A stretch of 64,000 nucleotides of DNA from Mobula hypostoma (GCF_963921235.1 NC_086108.1:68636001-68700000); one strand, 5' to 3'. Shown: positions 25,616 through 39,651, counted from the stretch's first letter. Program-made: numbers and translations. Notes: a model not told the origin generated them from the sequence alone.

Positions 25616-27869
25616 AAATATCCAAGTTTCTGAAATATCCCAGATGCAATTCTTGTGCTAATGCCATTGAAGGAGATGGTAAGTGCTACTGTTGTTGTCC
25701 TTTTGATTTCACATTGACTTTATTAGAATGCTACAACACAGCAGAAGGACATTTGGCACATACATCTCTAAATATTTCAGACTTTCATAATAATTAAGTG
25801 GAATTCTGCATCTATATAACTATTGCCACTCAATACTGGGTAAGAACTATTATGAGAATTAACAGCTCATTGAAGAACAGAGAACTTATAGCAAGCACCA
25901 ATATTGGCTTGGTACTTCAAGATCCCAATGTCTGCAGTGTTCAAAAGTCTGATTAAAGAAGATAAATTTTTCAAAGGTTTGACTCTTTTGTGGTTATGAT
26001 AGTTAATCAAAGCTTTGCAATAAATGTTGAGGATTCGGAAGCAGTGTTTGCACTGCCAGAAATACTTCTACTATTGAATTCTATAAATGAAGTTATTCTA
26101 CAAATGACTATTTAACTTGTTTGTCATATTTATTATAACAAAAAATCAATTACTGTTATTTTCTGAATGAGATGAAGAAATACACAATTTATTTCAATTT
26201 TAAAAGAAATGTTTCTGTTGAAAGGATTAGATACAGGTAACTTGATTAATGTGCTGGGAGAAACAGTAAAACTGTAGAAAGCATGAATGTTATTTCAGGA
26301 AAAGACAACATTTGGGCCATCATATACACACCAGTCAAAAACTGAGCTAGTTACCCTCATATCTTATTTAATAGATTATAACCTTCAAACACACAGCCTG
26401 ATCATTTATCAAGATGACGAGGGTTTCCATTCCCAAAACCCTTTCAAGCAGAAGGTTCCATCATCCAGCTACCTACAGGTTAAAGCAAACTAAATGTGTC
26501 TCTAATTGTTTTTTATGAATCAATATTCCATGATTATTTTTTAGATTTTTTACACCTCTGTCAAGGGAAATGCTTCCTTCTTCTTCAATCTCTGGCTTTT
26601 CATTTTACTTTACACCTTTATGTATATCCAGTCACATTTGTCATCAGTGTTCCAAAGAAAATAACCCTAATAACCTCAAGTCTCTCCATTTGGGTATTAT
26701 TCCCACTCCTGGCAACAAGCTTCTAAACTTCCTCTGCATTATCTCCGGTACAATTATATTCTTCCTTCAGAATGGTGACATGGAATTTTAGCTGTGGTAT
26801 AATTAGTGTTTTGTAGTTTTAGCATGATCTGCCTCTTTCTTTTCTCCATGCCTTCGCAGGCATTTAATATCTGTGCAACCTCAACTCCTCCCACTTTTAT
26901 ATTCAGTACAATTTGAGACGAATCCAGGTTCACACTGGCTATTTCAGTGAGTCCTTTCCACTTCCACATCATTTTATACACATCTAAACTCTCTGCCTTG
27001 AATAATGTCTAAAAATGTTTCCTTGAAACTTAATCACATTCCTTTTCATCTGGCCTCTACTTACTTACCACTTCTTCCTACAATGCTAATGTTTCAGAAA
27101 CCACACTGTGACAACCATCCTCAGAATAATACCTTTTAAATTGTTGTAGGTGGGAAAAATTAAACTTTACTTCAAGCAAATGTGTTGATATGCCAAATAA
27201 GGGTACAAATATTCTATTCCACACAGTCATGGTATGTCTTATACATATCCTGAAGACTTCCTCTGGACCTCAACAACCACACATAAAATTTTCAGGGAGA
27301 GGGAGGGGAAAAAATAAACTTAGGTTAATTAGGAGAAAGAAAATTCCAGATATTTCCACCCTTGCAGTGAAAAAGGTGAAGGTAGGGTTCAAAGGTCTCT
27401 ACCTCATAAATGAACCTGAAACAACATTCACAGATCAGGACATTTACTGCTCCAAAAAACACAATTCATTGGAAGAAATGTTTCAATGACTTGAATTCAG
27501 AGGTATATGTCTTTATTTCCTGCTTCTTTTCTGTAAAAAGCTATGAAGAGTTCTTGTCCTGCCAGCTTTCAAATTAATTCCCTCCCCTTAATCACATACG
27601 CTGCCTCCCATTGTGAGTTTGTTTAATCATCCTTTCCTTCCGAATAGATGCACATTCCTGTCCAGCCATGATCCGAGTGGAGATGTTCTGTATTTAGTGT
27701 TGGCAAATCTCAGCCAGATTCAGATCAGCAAGTTTGGGGCTGATTAAGGGAGGTCAGCCAGCAAGATTGGGGTTTTTCCTCAATTGTTGGAAGGATGAGA
27801 CCACAAGAACCTATCGGAAATTGTGTGGACCTACTAGTATTCATCAGCAAAATACAGACCAATGAGTTG

Positions 27870-28810
27870 GCTGCTTGAAAATCTGGCAGAGTGGTGCCAC
27901 AACAACAGCCTCTCACTCAATGTCAGCAAGACCAAGGAGCTGATTATTGACTTTAGGAGGAGGAAACGAGAGGTCCATGAGCCAGTCCTCATCAGAGGAT
28001 AAGAGGCGGAGAGGGTCAGCAACTTTAAACTCCTCAGTGTCATTATTCTAGAGGGCTTGTCCTGGGTCCAGCACGTAATGCAATTACGAAGAAAGCATGG
28101 CAACGCTTCTACTTCTTGATGAGTTTGCCATGACATCTAAAACTTTAACAAACTGCTACAGATGTGTGTGGAAAGTATATTGACTGGTAACATCATGGCC
28201 TGGTGTGGAAACACCAAAGACCTGGAATGCAAAATCCTACAGCCCAGTCCATCGTGGATAAAGTCCTCTCCACCATTGAACATGTCTACAAAGAGTGCTG
28301 TTATAGGAAAGCAGCACCCATCATCGGGAACCCCTCCCGCCCAACCATCACCCAGGCCATGCTCTCTTCTCACTGCAGCCATCAGGAAGAAGTTGCAGGA
28401 GCTTCAGGATTCACACCTTCAGGTTCAGGAATAATTATTACCCCTCAACCATCAGGCTCTCGAACCAGTGGGACAACTTCACTCTATTTCTCTCGCCCCC
28501 ATCACTGAACTGTTCCCACAACCTATGGACTCACTTTCAAGGTCTCTTTATCTCATGTTCTTGATATTTATATATATATATATATTTATTTATTTATTCA
28601 TTCATTCATTCATTCATTCTTTGGTAGTTGCACAGTTTGTTGTCTTTTGCAGCACATTGGTTGTTTGTGCATCATGTTGGGTGCAGTCTTTCATTGACCC
28701 TATTATTGTTCTTGGAATTACTGAGTCTGCCTGCAAGAAAGCAAATCTCAGGCTTATATATGCTGACATATATGTGCTTTGATAATAAATTTACTTCGAA
28801 CTTTGATCTG
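27870..28810 (+). mobile_element. Rex1/Babar-type LINE 3' fragment containing a (TA)n/(TTTA)n/(TTCA)n tract
   Basis: Translates to NLAEWCHNNSLSLNVSKTKELIIDFRRRK and ESILTGNIMAWCGN; ends GATAATAAATTTACTTCGAACTTTGA. Confidence 0.85.
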
Positions 28811-29039
28811 GCTATGAGTCGCTCAGTTAACATTGATTTTGGTTTACATATACAATGCATGAATGCTTCAATCACCTAACTAAACTCAGGAATTAAAAAT
28901 AAACTGGGCTATTACAACAAGAACAGGTGGTAACTCAAACAATTCAATCCTAACTTCCTCTCTTCCCTGATTGGTGCTTCAGGAATCCAATTATTCCAAC
29001 CATGGAGATGTCTTGGGACCACATTTCCTCCTCAAATAC

Positions 29040-29190
29040 TACATTAAAAAAATCTGGCTATTCATCTGAAACCTTGTTTGTGGCACCCTGCCTCATGAAA
29101 ACTGGCAGCTGGAATCTATCTTGTGCAATGACAACCTTTTAAAAGAACTTCACTGGATTGGAAACACTTGTGATATTTTAAAGACTGAAT
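29040..29190 (+). mobile_element. Very old Deu-SINE tail remnant
   Basis: ATCTGGCTATTCATC...TGTTTGTGG...AAAAGAACTTCACTGG, weak similarity to the 18.5 kb copy. Confidence 0.35.
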
Positions 29191-32154
29191 AAGGTACCAG
29201 AAAAATCTTAAAGTAACAATGTTTTGTATTATCCACCCATGGAAAAGAAAAGCTTTTAATTTCCTGCTGTTCAATTCTACAGAAATAACTTCCTTTCCAA
29301 AAGCAGAAAATAATTTTATACCTGGCAGTTCCTTTATTTTTACACAAAACAAACATAGTGAGGTTAATATGAAGAAATGGAAACACAAATGAATTAAATT
29401 GTTGAACAATAAAAAACATAGCCTGCTCATGTGGTTTAAATTTATGACCTGCCTGTTGGCACACCACAATACTGTATGTGCAGTTTATTTGTGCACCTGT
29501 GTTCCTTCACAAAGGTTACTTTTAAAAAGAACACGAATGGCAATTCTAACCACACCAGACATTTAGCTAAGTGAACCAGTTAAACAACACAAATCAATTT
29601 TGCACCCTAGTGAAATTTGAAGCAGGGGGTTAACTGATCTTGGGTGGCTTACATGAAGTGCTTTCTCTTTGCTTGTACCTAAGTGACCGTGAAATGTAAT
29701 TTGTCACTGACAAGTTGAACAGTCTCTAGAACAATTCTCAGACATCTTGCACATTTAAATGGTGGGGTACCAATTTAGAAATATTTTATTTGCTGGAATA
29801 TCACAAGGCTATGCACCTAAAGTCAAAGGTCCAATATTCAGGCTCAGCTGTAGAACATTCCAGCAAAATTCAGCCACTCCAAAAAGCAATTTGATCTCTT
29901 TCTATCCCCAGGACAAGGTACAGCAATTGTAAATTTTCATTATAGTTGTCTCTGACATGGGCAAAAGAGATGCCAATCACAGCTGTCTGAATTGACTGTT
30001 ATCAGAACCATACAAATGCTAAAGTTGGATCTCCACGGATTTTGCTTGCAATTCTGTTTGTTCTGCAGCTAGAAATGTTCAATATTTCAGGGTAAAGAAT
30101 CACAATTACAATGATAAAATAACTAGAAATGTACAGATATGAGTAGGTGTGGTGCAGATACAGTTTAGGAAATTAATTAATTACTTTCAATGCCAATGCT
30201 CAAAAGGGGCACACCTTCATAGTAGTTAAAACTGTGGCTACGTAAAAAGCCCTGACTAGTATCAATCTGATTGTCCCCTTTGTACTAATTTCTTCCACAA
30301 GTTTCAACCTTAATCTTATTTGACCACTCAAGTTTGCTTCCCGGGTCTATGGTGGGTGACGTTCTACTACCAATTTTAGGGGTTCCGCTCCTGATACAGC
30401 CCTGATCTAAGTTATAAATGATTATCTGTTTCCCTGACTGGCATTGCAAGCTTCATGGAAGTTTGTGTATTTGCCTTCAACCTCCTTCACTCCAAATGTT
30501 TGGAATTGTAATCCAAACAATTGTAATTTAAGGGCTGTTCTAAAGAGCAATCTGTTGGTAAAAGCCCAATATCATTCTTTGGCTTGGCGTCATTTTTTGT
30601 CTTGCACTTGGAATTTTGGTTTTATTATTGCTTAAGCAAGTGAGAACTGGGCAAAACCAAGTACAAAAGAAATTGAAACCAAATAATTTGATTTTTTAAA
30701 TGGCCAATGAAGCTTTAGAACAACATTTTCAAAGAATATTCATCATATATTAAAATGCTGGGCACTTTCTGTTGAAATGTTGCTTCTTAAGATAGTGAAC
30801 TGCCTATGAAATGATTGTCATAAGAAACTTACAATCAATATATCCATCTTTAGCTGCATCTTAAAAGCAGGAGCATCAATGTGAACAGTGAAATTTAAGA
30901 CAAACTTCGTATCTATTTTCTTTATAGTGTACAATAATATTGGAAAACTTTTCTGAACATCATTACTTGCAGTTTTTAAGTTCCAAATGAAAATCAGAAT
31001 CTCTACAAATAAAGAACATTCTGAAAAGTCATATTGAAAACTTCCTAGATTTGCTGTACAGAATAATTTTAATCCATGTTTTAAAGGGAAAAGTATCATT
31101 GAGTCATGGACCACTGCCTTTTGGCTTTATCCAATATTGATGACATGCGACCTGCTGAGTGCTTCCAACTTTTCCGTTTTACTTCCACATTTCCAACAGC
31201 TACAGCTTTTATTTTATTTTTCGCTCAGTTGGTTTTACTTAACATTTCTGAGAATAACATGAAATTTTATCTTATTTTTAATATATGAGAGTATTTAAGG
31301 AGTTGATTCAAAGTAAATTGCTTACTTGGACAGTTTAAGCTTATGTCATAACTTAATCACAGAAAAATTAATTGATATCTGTGATAGCAACAGAAACAAC
31401 AATATTGAGGTCATTATATCTGTTTAGATTTAATTCCCAGTTCTCCTACATATTGTTGAGTCAACAGAACTAGCATTAAGATAGCTCAAGTGCAAATATA
31501 TTTTCCCTTTTGAAAATCACCTTACTTGAGGACATTTACGTTCCATATGCCAAAAGAAAACTTGTAGGTCAACAATAATGTTATCATCGTATGGGATGGA
31601 TAGCCGGAGAGGTCAGCCATATATGGTAAAAAAAAATCATGGAAACAAAGGGACATGAGACATGAGACCTTTTCAGTCCTTGAACCCATTTTGACATTCA
31701 AAGACCTGTGATACAGTGCCAAACATTTGCCTTTGGCCATCATCCCATATTAACAAGTAATGATCAATCTTAGATTTTGAAGTGGAATAGTTCCAAAAAT
31801 GTACTATTCATTGCATGTACAAGCATTTCTTGCATTCGTTCCTGAAAGGCTTAATTCATACTTTTATATAATGCAATTTTTCCTGCACTAGATCTCTTCT
31901 AAATTAATTATGTTTCATCTTCTTGTTTTTCAATTTGTTTGCTACACATGGAGAAATATTTATTATTTCATTTATTTCGGAACTATTATTGAACCTAACT
32001 TTCCTTCTCTCCTTGTTCACCTCTTCTGCCAAGTTCTCTTAATTTTCCTATTATTCGTAATGTTAGGACTGTGGTCCCAATTCAACTCTACAGTTCCTTA
32101 TTATCCCAATGTCTGACAAAATGGAACACCACTCTAATTCAGCAGTTACAATAA

Positions 32155-32697
32155 CACTCATTGGTCACTTTATTAGATACACTTCTTCATTAATGCAAAA
32201 ATCTAATCAGCCAATCAAGTGGCAGCAACTCAAAGCATAAAATTATGCAGTCATGGTCAAGAGGTTCAGTTGTTGTTCAAACCAAACATCAGAATGGGGA
32301 AGAAACATGATCTAAGTCACTTTGTCCATAGATTTTTCGCTGATGCCAGATGGAGTGGTTTGAGTATCTCAGAAACTGTTGATTTCCTGGGATTTTCACA
32401 CACAACAGTCTCTAGAGTTTACAGAGAATTGTGCAAAGAACAAAAACCATCCAGTGAACGGCAGTGTGGGTGAAAATGTCTTGTTAATGGGAGATGTCAG
32501 AGGAAAATGGCTGATTCAAGCTGACAGGAAGGTAACAGTAACTCAAATAACCATGTGTTACAACAGAGGTGTGCAGAAGACTATCTCTGAACACCCAACT
32601 TATTGAACCTTGAAATGGATGGACGACAGCAGTAAAGTACTATCAACATACACTCAGTGGCCATTTTATTAGGTACTAATGAAGAGGCCACTGAGTA
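32155..32697 (+). mobile_element. Internally deleted Tc1/mariner element
   Basis: Terminal inverted repeats (TIRs) CACTCA.TGG.CACTTTATTAG and CTAATGAAGAGGCCACTGAGT. Transposase N-terminus MGKKHDLSHF...GLSISETVDFLGFSHTTVSRVYRE. Confidence 0.85.
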
Positions 32698-32894
32698 TAG
32701 TTTCTCAATAAATACTCCAGACATTTGTATCTCTTTGATTGCTAATTATTTCACCCAATTATCCAGTGATTCCTAACAAGAAACAGGACTGGTTAAGGTT
32801 GCATTGGAGTCCGTTCACCTGTGTCCAATATGCATCACTAGATCTCTATGAATGCTAAGGCTGTTGAACATTAATTGGGCTATGTAATGTAATG

Positions 32895-33500
32895 TTTAAT
32901 GTTTAACATCATTTCCAGTGCACAAGTGCAAAGAATTAAATAATTGATATTCCAGATCTGATGCAGCACAGGAAAAAGACACAATAATAAAAAACACAAT
33001 ACATATAAATACATAAGATAGCTATGTACACAGATTGATTGTTTGTATGTCCATAACATGACACTAAGCACAGGAGTGTCGGTACATAAGGAGACTGACA
33101 GAAAATGATGTAATAGTGGCTGGGGGTGTGGAGGGGTGGGTTGGTGGGTGGAGGAATCGATCAGCCTTACTGCTTGGGGAAAGTCACTGTTTTTAAGTCT
33201 GGTGGTCCTGGCTTGGATGGTCCCATAGCCTTCTCCCTGATAGGAATGGGACAAATTGTCCATGAGCCAGGTGAGCAGGATCCTTTATGTTACTGGCCCT
33301 TTTCTATATATATGTCCTTGATAGCGGGTAGGCTGGTGCTGGTGATTTGCTGGACAATTTTGACTACCCATTATAGGCCCTTCCTGTCATCACAGTGAGA
33401 ATTCCATGCCACGCGGTAGTGCTGCATGTTAGAATGCTTTCTACTGCACATAGGTACAAGGACTTGAGTATAGATGTGAATAGTCCAGCTCTTTTCATAG
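32895..33500 (-). mobile_element. Rex1/Babar-type LINE 3' fragment
   Basis: Translates to YGTIQARTTRLKNSDFPQAVRLI. Confidence 0.7.
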
Positions 33501-34330
33501 TTCAACTCTCTTCAGCATTTATAGGTTTATGAATTTTAGTTACCTGAATACACACAAGAATACTGGCACAATATGACAAAACAATGAATGAGAATAAAAA
33601 TCACAACTTCCAACAAGTACATACCTTTTTGTCTGTATATGATAGAAGATTGATTAGAAATTTGTAATGAAACTTGAGGGCCAGGAGTTGTGGATATTTT
33701 CAACAGAATATTTTTGCTAGGTCGTATCAATGATTCACTCAAGTAGCTAATTATACTCCATAATAATGTAGTACAGTATGTTATTACATTTCATGTAAAT
33801 CCCAGTGCCCTGGTGAGTACCCATTCCTAATTTCTTCTTTTTCTGTAGAGAGTAGCAGAATTAATGCTATATGATCTCTGTAATTTCAACATACTGGACT
33901 TTCAGCACCTGTAAATTTTCACTCTTTAGATATTTGCATCTCATTGACTGTTCAAATATTATAATCTGGAATTACTTCATTTTCATAAATCCATACTAGG
34001 ACAATCTTTGTATTTGTCAACAGGGGCCTAAACATGGTTGCAGGATTTGCATTCATTCCTATGTGGTGTAGAGCCTTGAAAATGAGGAATTAACAATTTA
34101 TATGATATATCATATAAATGCCACCCCTCTCTGGATAAAACTTAATTAAAAAGATAGTTAATTTAAAAGCAAATAAATTTCAGTACCAGATCTGCCAATA
34201 AATACTGAAGTGATAACATACATGTTAACTCCAGGCATTCAGCCTTTTGGTTACTGATGTAGCTGTCATGTTAACATCGTAGCAACAACGCCTGACTCGG
34301 CAGTTTCTTTAATCCCAACACATTTTATAG

Positions 34331-34467
34331 GTTAGTCCTGACGAAGGGTCTCGGCCTGAAACGTCGACTGCGCCTCTTCCTATAGATGCTGCTTGGCCTG
34401 CTGCGTTCACCAGCAACTTTGATGTATGTTGCTTGAATTTCCAGCATCTGCAGAATTCCTGTTGTTT
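34331..34467 (+). mobile_element. 137-bp Penelope-like terminal-repeat insertion with 11-bp TSD
   Basis: ACATTTTATAG at 34320-34330 and 34468-34478. The body is nearly identical to the reverse complement of 44743-44878. Confidence 0.9.
34333..34370 (+). ncRNA. Minimal type I hammerhead ribozyme motif
   Basis: UAGUC-CUGACGA-AGG(GUCUCGG)CCU-GAAAC-GUC^GACUG. All core nucleotides are present. Stem I 5 bp, stem II 3 bp, helix III reduced to the palindrome ACGU. Predicted cut after 34365. Confidence 0.8.
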
Positions 34468-34744
34468 ACATTTTATAGCTGCTTTGCTTAGAAGGAATTT
34501 TGATGATATATATTCTTGTTCTCAAAAGGCATCATCTCTTTGTTATTAAACATTATGTGTCACCTACCAACCATTTTCCTTGATTGGTCTCCACATTCTC
34601 TCATGAGTTATTTATTTCTCAGTTTTTGGTATCATCTGCAAACATTCCAATGAGGGCACCAAATTATACCTGATGTTATATTTACTTATACAACATATTG
34701 AAGGTTTGTAGCCATGACTCTTTGATATTTATTTCACAATTAAA

Positions 34745-35130
34745 AACACGAAAAACAGAACGAGTAGGTGATTCAGCTCTTTGTTCCTACTCCACCGTTC
34801 ACAGTAAGTTAATGCCTAATCTTTAACTTGAGTGCCACTTTTCTCCACTAACACCATATCCCTCAATTCCTTTAATATCCAAGTAATTTCTCCACTTCTG
34901 TGTTGAACGTACTCAGTAACTGAACCTCCACAACCTTCTTGGGTAGAGAATTCTAAAGGCCATCCACATCAGAAACTTTCTTATTTCTGTGCTTAAATGG
35001 TTGACACCTTATTTTCAGGCAATCAGCCACCAAGAGACATCTTCCCTCCATCAACTCTATCAAGTCCTGTAAGGATTTTCTGAGGTTTCCTAGAATTCTC
35101 CTCTCATTCTTCATAACTAATAAGTGTGCA
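34745..35130 (-). mobile_element. Decayed CR1 3' fragment
   Basis: Antisense CR1 tail motifs: GAGTAGG..ATTCAGCTC, CCCTCAATTCCTTT and CCTCCACAACCTTCTTGGGTAGAGAATTC. Confidence 0.6.
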
Positions 35131-35356
35131 GAGTGCTGATTCATAATAATGTTCATGGTTCTTTAGTTGAATAGTTACAAGAACATGGAGGCACAAGACT
35201 GTACGTAAAGGAATCTAGAGCAAATAAAAGAACCTCAGTAGGTTAAGCAGCGACTGTGGATTGCAAGAGACTGTCAACATTTCTGGTTCAGACCTTGTAC
35301 TGATACTGCTCGACTTGCTGAGTACCCCCTGAAGTTTGGTTTTTCACTCAGACGTA

Positions 35357-36873
35357 AAGTTGCAAGAAAAAGTTTGTGAACCCTTTGCAATTACCTGTTT
35401 TTCTGTATTAATTGCTTATAATCCTCATCGGAATCAAGATAATAGACAAACAGAATCTACCTATACTAATAACACACTAATAATTGTACTTTTCATGTCT
35501 TTATTGAACACATTGTTTAATCATTCACAGTACAGGCTGGAAAAAGTATGTGAACCCTTGTATTTAAGAACTGGTAGAACCTCCTTTAGCAGCAATAACC
35601 TCCACCAAATGTTTCCTGTAGTTGCTGATCAGACTTGCACAACAGTGAGGACGACTTTTAGGCCATTCCTCCATACAAAACTGTTTCCGTTCCATCAATA
35701 TTTCTGGGATACTTTACATCAATAACCCTTTTCAGGTCATGCCACAGCATCACAATTTGATTAAGGTCTGGACTCTGACTTGGCCATTCCAAAACAACAT
35801 TTTTCTTCTTTTTAAACCATTCTGTTGATGATTTACTCCTGTGTTTCAGGTCATTGTCTTATTGCATCAACTTCTATTAAGCTTCAGGTGATGGACCACA
35901 ACCCTGATATTCTCCTGTAAAATGTCTTGATGCAACTTTGAATTCATTGTTCCCTTAATGATTGTAAGCCATTGAGGCCATGAGGCAGCAAAGCAGCCCC
36001 AAACCATGATGCTCTTTCACCATGCTTCACAGTGGGATAAGGTTTTGGTGTTGATGTGCAGTGCCCTTTTCCCTCCAAACACAGCAGTGCGCATTTCTGC
36101 CGAAAAGGTCAACTTTTGTCTCTTCTGTCCACAGAACATTGCCCCAGAAGTGTTGTGGAACATCCAGGTGGTCTTTTGTAAACTTGAGCCGTGCAGCAAT
36201 TTTTTTTTTGAGACCAGTAGTTTCCTCCATGAACACCATTCGTGTTCAGTGTTTTTTCTTAAAGTGGACACATTAAACAGAGACTTTAGCAAGTGCTAGA
36301 AGATTTCTGCAGGTCTTTTGCTGTAATCCTTGGGTTCTTTTTCACTTCCTTCAGCATTGCATGTTATGTTCTTGGTGTGATGTTGCAAGAGTCCACTCCT
36401 AGGGAGAGTAGCAACAGTATTAATTACTGTGGACTGATGAACACTAAGGCCTTTAGAAATGCTTTTGCAGCCTTTTCCAGCTTTATGCATCACTACAATT
36501 CTTTTTCTAAGGTCTTCTGAAAGTTGTTTTGATCGAAGCATGGGGTGCACATTAACAGATCTTTCTTGAGAAGAGCAGGCTCCATCAGTAATCTAACTTT
36601 GTGTGCCTTTTTTATAGGGTAGGGCACCTCTACAGTCCACACCTCCAATCTCATCTCATTGACTGCAACACATGACTTCAAACAGCTTTTGTAGAAGGCA
36701 TTATCCCAGAGGTACACCTACTTTTTTGAACCTGACTGTGATTGCTTAAATTGTTTGTGTGTTATTAGTTTAGGCAGATTGTGTTTGCTTATTAACGTGA
36801 TGTAGTTGAAGATCAGACCAAATTTTATGAGTATCCAATGCAGAAAACAGGTTCACAACTTTCTTTGCATCTG
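35357..36873 (-). mobile_element. Tc1-family IR/DR-type DNA transposon with a decayed transposase
   Basis: TA at 35355-56 and 36874-75. TIR (C)AGTTGCAAGAAAAAGTTTGTGAACC with an inner direct repeat at about 35534-35557. Frameshifted transposase pieces RSKQLSEDLRKRIVVMHKAGKGCKSISK and ARLKFTKDHLDVPQHFWGNVLWTEETKVDLFG. Confidence 0.92.
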
Positions 36874-37997
36874 TACCTGCCCAACTACACTTTAAAAATC
36901 TGCTAGTTTGAAAAGCTGGGCACTCCTTGCTATGTTAGGAACATGAGTTGCTGTACATCCTCTTAATCCTTCCTTTGTCACTCCATGCTTGGATCCTTGA
37001 TGTCCAAATTGAAGCACATGCCCTTACCTCTATGCAAGCATGCCATGATACTCAGCACTGAGACGTGAGGCACACAGCTCTACCCTGGCTGGCACAGTGA
37101 GTGAGGATTTGATGGGACATTGCTGTTTCCATCCCCATCCCCCCCCCCCACCCCAATCTCTCATTAACAACCTAGGTTTCCACTATATCTGCAGGGAGGG
37201 TGGGACTTCACAGTGGATCTCTGGCACACAGGTTCCCAGTCTAGCAGCATGTGGCTACCAGCCAGGATTTTAATGAATGATAGTACAGACTCAAAGGGCC
37301 TAATGACCTACTCCCGCTCCATTTATTATGTGCTCAGCAGTGGGGAGGGTAGGAATTCAGAACAGGTACCTGCCACTGATGACTTCTTTTAGCATTGGTT
37401 TGATTGGTGTTCTCATTTCATACCAGTGTATAGGTCCCATCTGCTTAACCTCTCCTCATATGACAAACCCAACATTGCAGCAATCAATCTGCAGAATTGT
37501 CACTGCATCTCCACAACTACAATTATATCCTGCACCTACCTGAAGGCCATACCAGCACGCTTTGCTAATGCTATTTCACCAGTGCCCTTCATAAATGGAG
37601 GAAGAAGCTTCTATTTCTGGACAGAAATTCATTTGCAATTAAGACCAATAATCTGTTTGATTTCCTAAGAACTTGCTGTACCTACTTGATCTTTCAGTGG
37701 TTAGCGTACAAGGTTACCCACGTCCCCCTGAATACCAACACATTTTATAACTCCCATGTAAAAATGTGCTATTTTCATGTTTTTTTCCATATTATGTTAC
37801 ATCTGTCATGCTATTGTCTATTTTCTTAACCTGTCTATATCCCTGAAGCCTTCTGCATCCTTCTCACAGCCTACAATCACATCCTATTTCACATCTTCAA
37901 ATTTGGATTTTTTTTTTTGACTTCAGTCATGTTAATTTATGCTGCATTCAATCTGTCACATCTTCTAACCTAAATTAAAACATTCTTAATTAAGGGA

Positions 37998-38680
37998 AAT
38001 ACACAAAATGCTGGAGGAACTCAGCAAGACAGGCAGGAGTTATGGTGGGGAATAAACAGTTGATGTTTCAGGCTGAGAATTTCCATCACGACTGGAAAGG
38101 AAGGAGACAAAGGCCGCAATAAAAATGTGGCAGGAGTGGAAGGAGTACAAGCCAGCAGGTAATAAGTGAGGGGTAAAGTGTGTAGGTGAGGGAGAGAGGG
38201 ATTGAAGAAGCTGGGAGGTGATAGGCGGAAAGATAAAGAGCTGAAGGAGGTGGTGATGGGCAGGCGAACTGAAGAGGTGAGAGGGTAACCAAAATGGGGA
38301 AATGGAAAAAGAGGAAGTATGGTGAGGAGGAAAAATTACTGGAAGTGGATGAAATGGATGCTCATGCTACCAGGTTGGAGGCTACTCAGATGAAATATAA
38401 GGTGTTGCTCCTGCAAGCTGAGTTTGACCTCATCATGACAGTAAAGGAGGCTATGGCCAGACATGTCAGAACGTGAATGGGAAGTTGAATTGAAATGGAT
38501 AGCCACAGGGAGATCTTGCCTTTTGTGTTGAACAGAGTGAAGATGTTCGACTAAGTAGTCCCTCATTCTTCATTGGATCTTACCAATGTAGAGGAGGCCA
38601 CACCTGAAACAAGATGACTCTGATTGACTCGCAGATGAAGTGTCCCCTCACTTGGAAGGACCGTCTGGGGCCCTGAATTG
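37998..38680 (-). mobile_element. Penelope-like element 3' remnant (GIY-YIG)
   Basis: ORF EHLHSVQHKRQDLPVAIHFNSTSHSRSDMS...LQEQHLIFHLSSLQP; terminus ACACAAAATGCTGGAGGAACTCAGCA. Confidence 0.85.
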
Positions 38681-38914
38681 TGATAGAAATTTCTTTATTG
38701 AAACTCTTTTCTCAGTGTATAGCTTGTAGAAGGAAACAAAAGCAATCAATCTTCCTCAGTGCTTTATGTCTTTTGAGAATAGAATGCATTATGGGGAGGA
38801 ATGGATAACCAATAAAGACTACATGATCCATGAGGCATACAATGCAGGAAACCAAAAACATTGGCAAAAGTTTAGATTAATCTCAGGATATGTTTCAATT
38901 ATAAAATTCTTGAC

Positions 38915-39651
38915 TAGTCTTTCATCCACACCACTTTATTCCTGACCTTTTCTGATGGTAGTAATATAAACTCACAACTATTTAATTCTGTAACCACCTA
39001 AAAGGACAGGCTCATTATAAAAGATGGCTACAAATGGAAAATTATATCCCACTTACATTTTACTGAAGTTGTAAACCAAATAAGAAAGTCGTGCTGTATG
39101 AAAATCATACTTTCCAAATTATTGCATTAAATCTCAATGGCCAAGAATAACTCTATGCCTACTGTGACATCATAAATTAGGCTTTAAGTAGAAATCCAGA
39201 CATGGAATTGTGCACATTTACGAGCATTGTCTCAAGTATGTATTGAATTAAAACAAATACAGAATTTCAAATCATAGCACTTGTTCCAAAAACTGGTTCA
39301 ATTACAGATTTTGTAGTTGAATGGGTACAGAGAAACCAATTCTAACTAATATATTTACTTCACTTTTGAATAGTGCATTGATGAATAAACATAGGCCAGA
39401 ATAGTGTGAAGGTTGTAAGTCAGTGTTCGTCACAGATTGCTTTCCTCCTATATATCTTTGTAAACATCTACATTTCTTGTGAGGTTGGCAGCATACAGGC
39501 ATTTTACAATGATGATGTTGATTTTGGGCTTTTAAAAGAGGCAGATAGTTGTGGCATGTAGCTGGACAAAACAAAAAGTGGATCTTGCAGCTTTCAGACT
39601 TATGCTGAGCTTTTATCAACTATCTCGGAAGCCGGAGTCCCATGGATGAAT
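38915..39651 (-). other. Probable FAF1 3' UTR
   Basis: Follows the stop codon. First AATAAA on the minus strand is at 38940-38935, with ATTAAA at 38986-38981. Confidence 0.5.
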
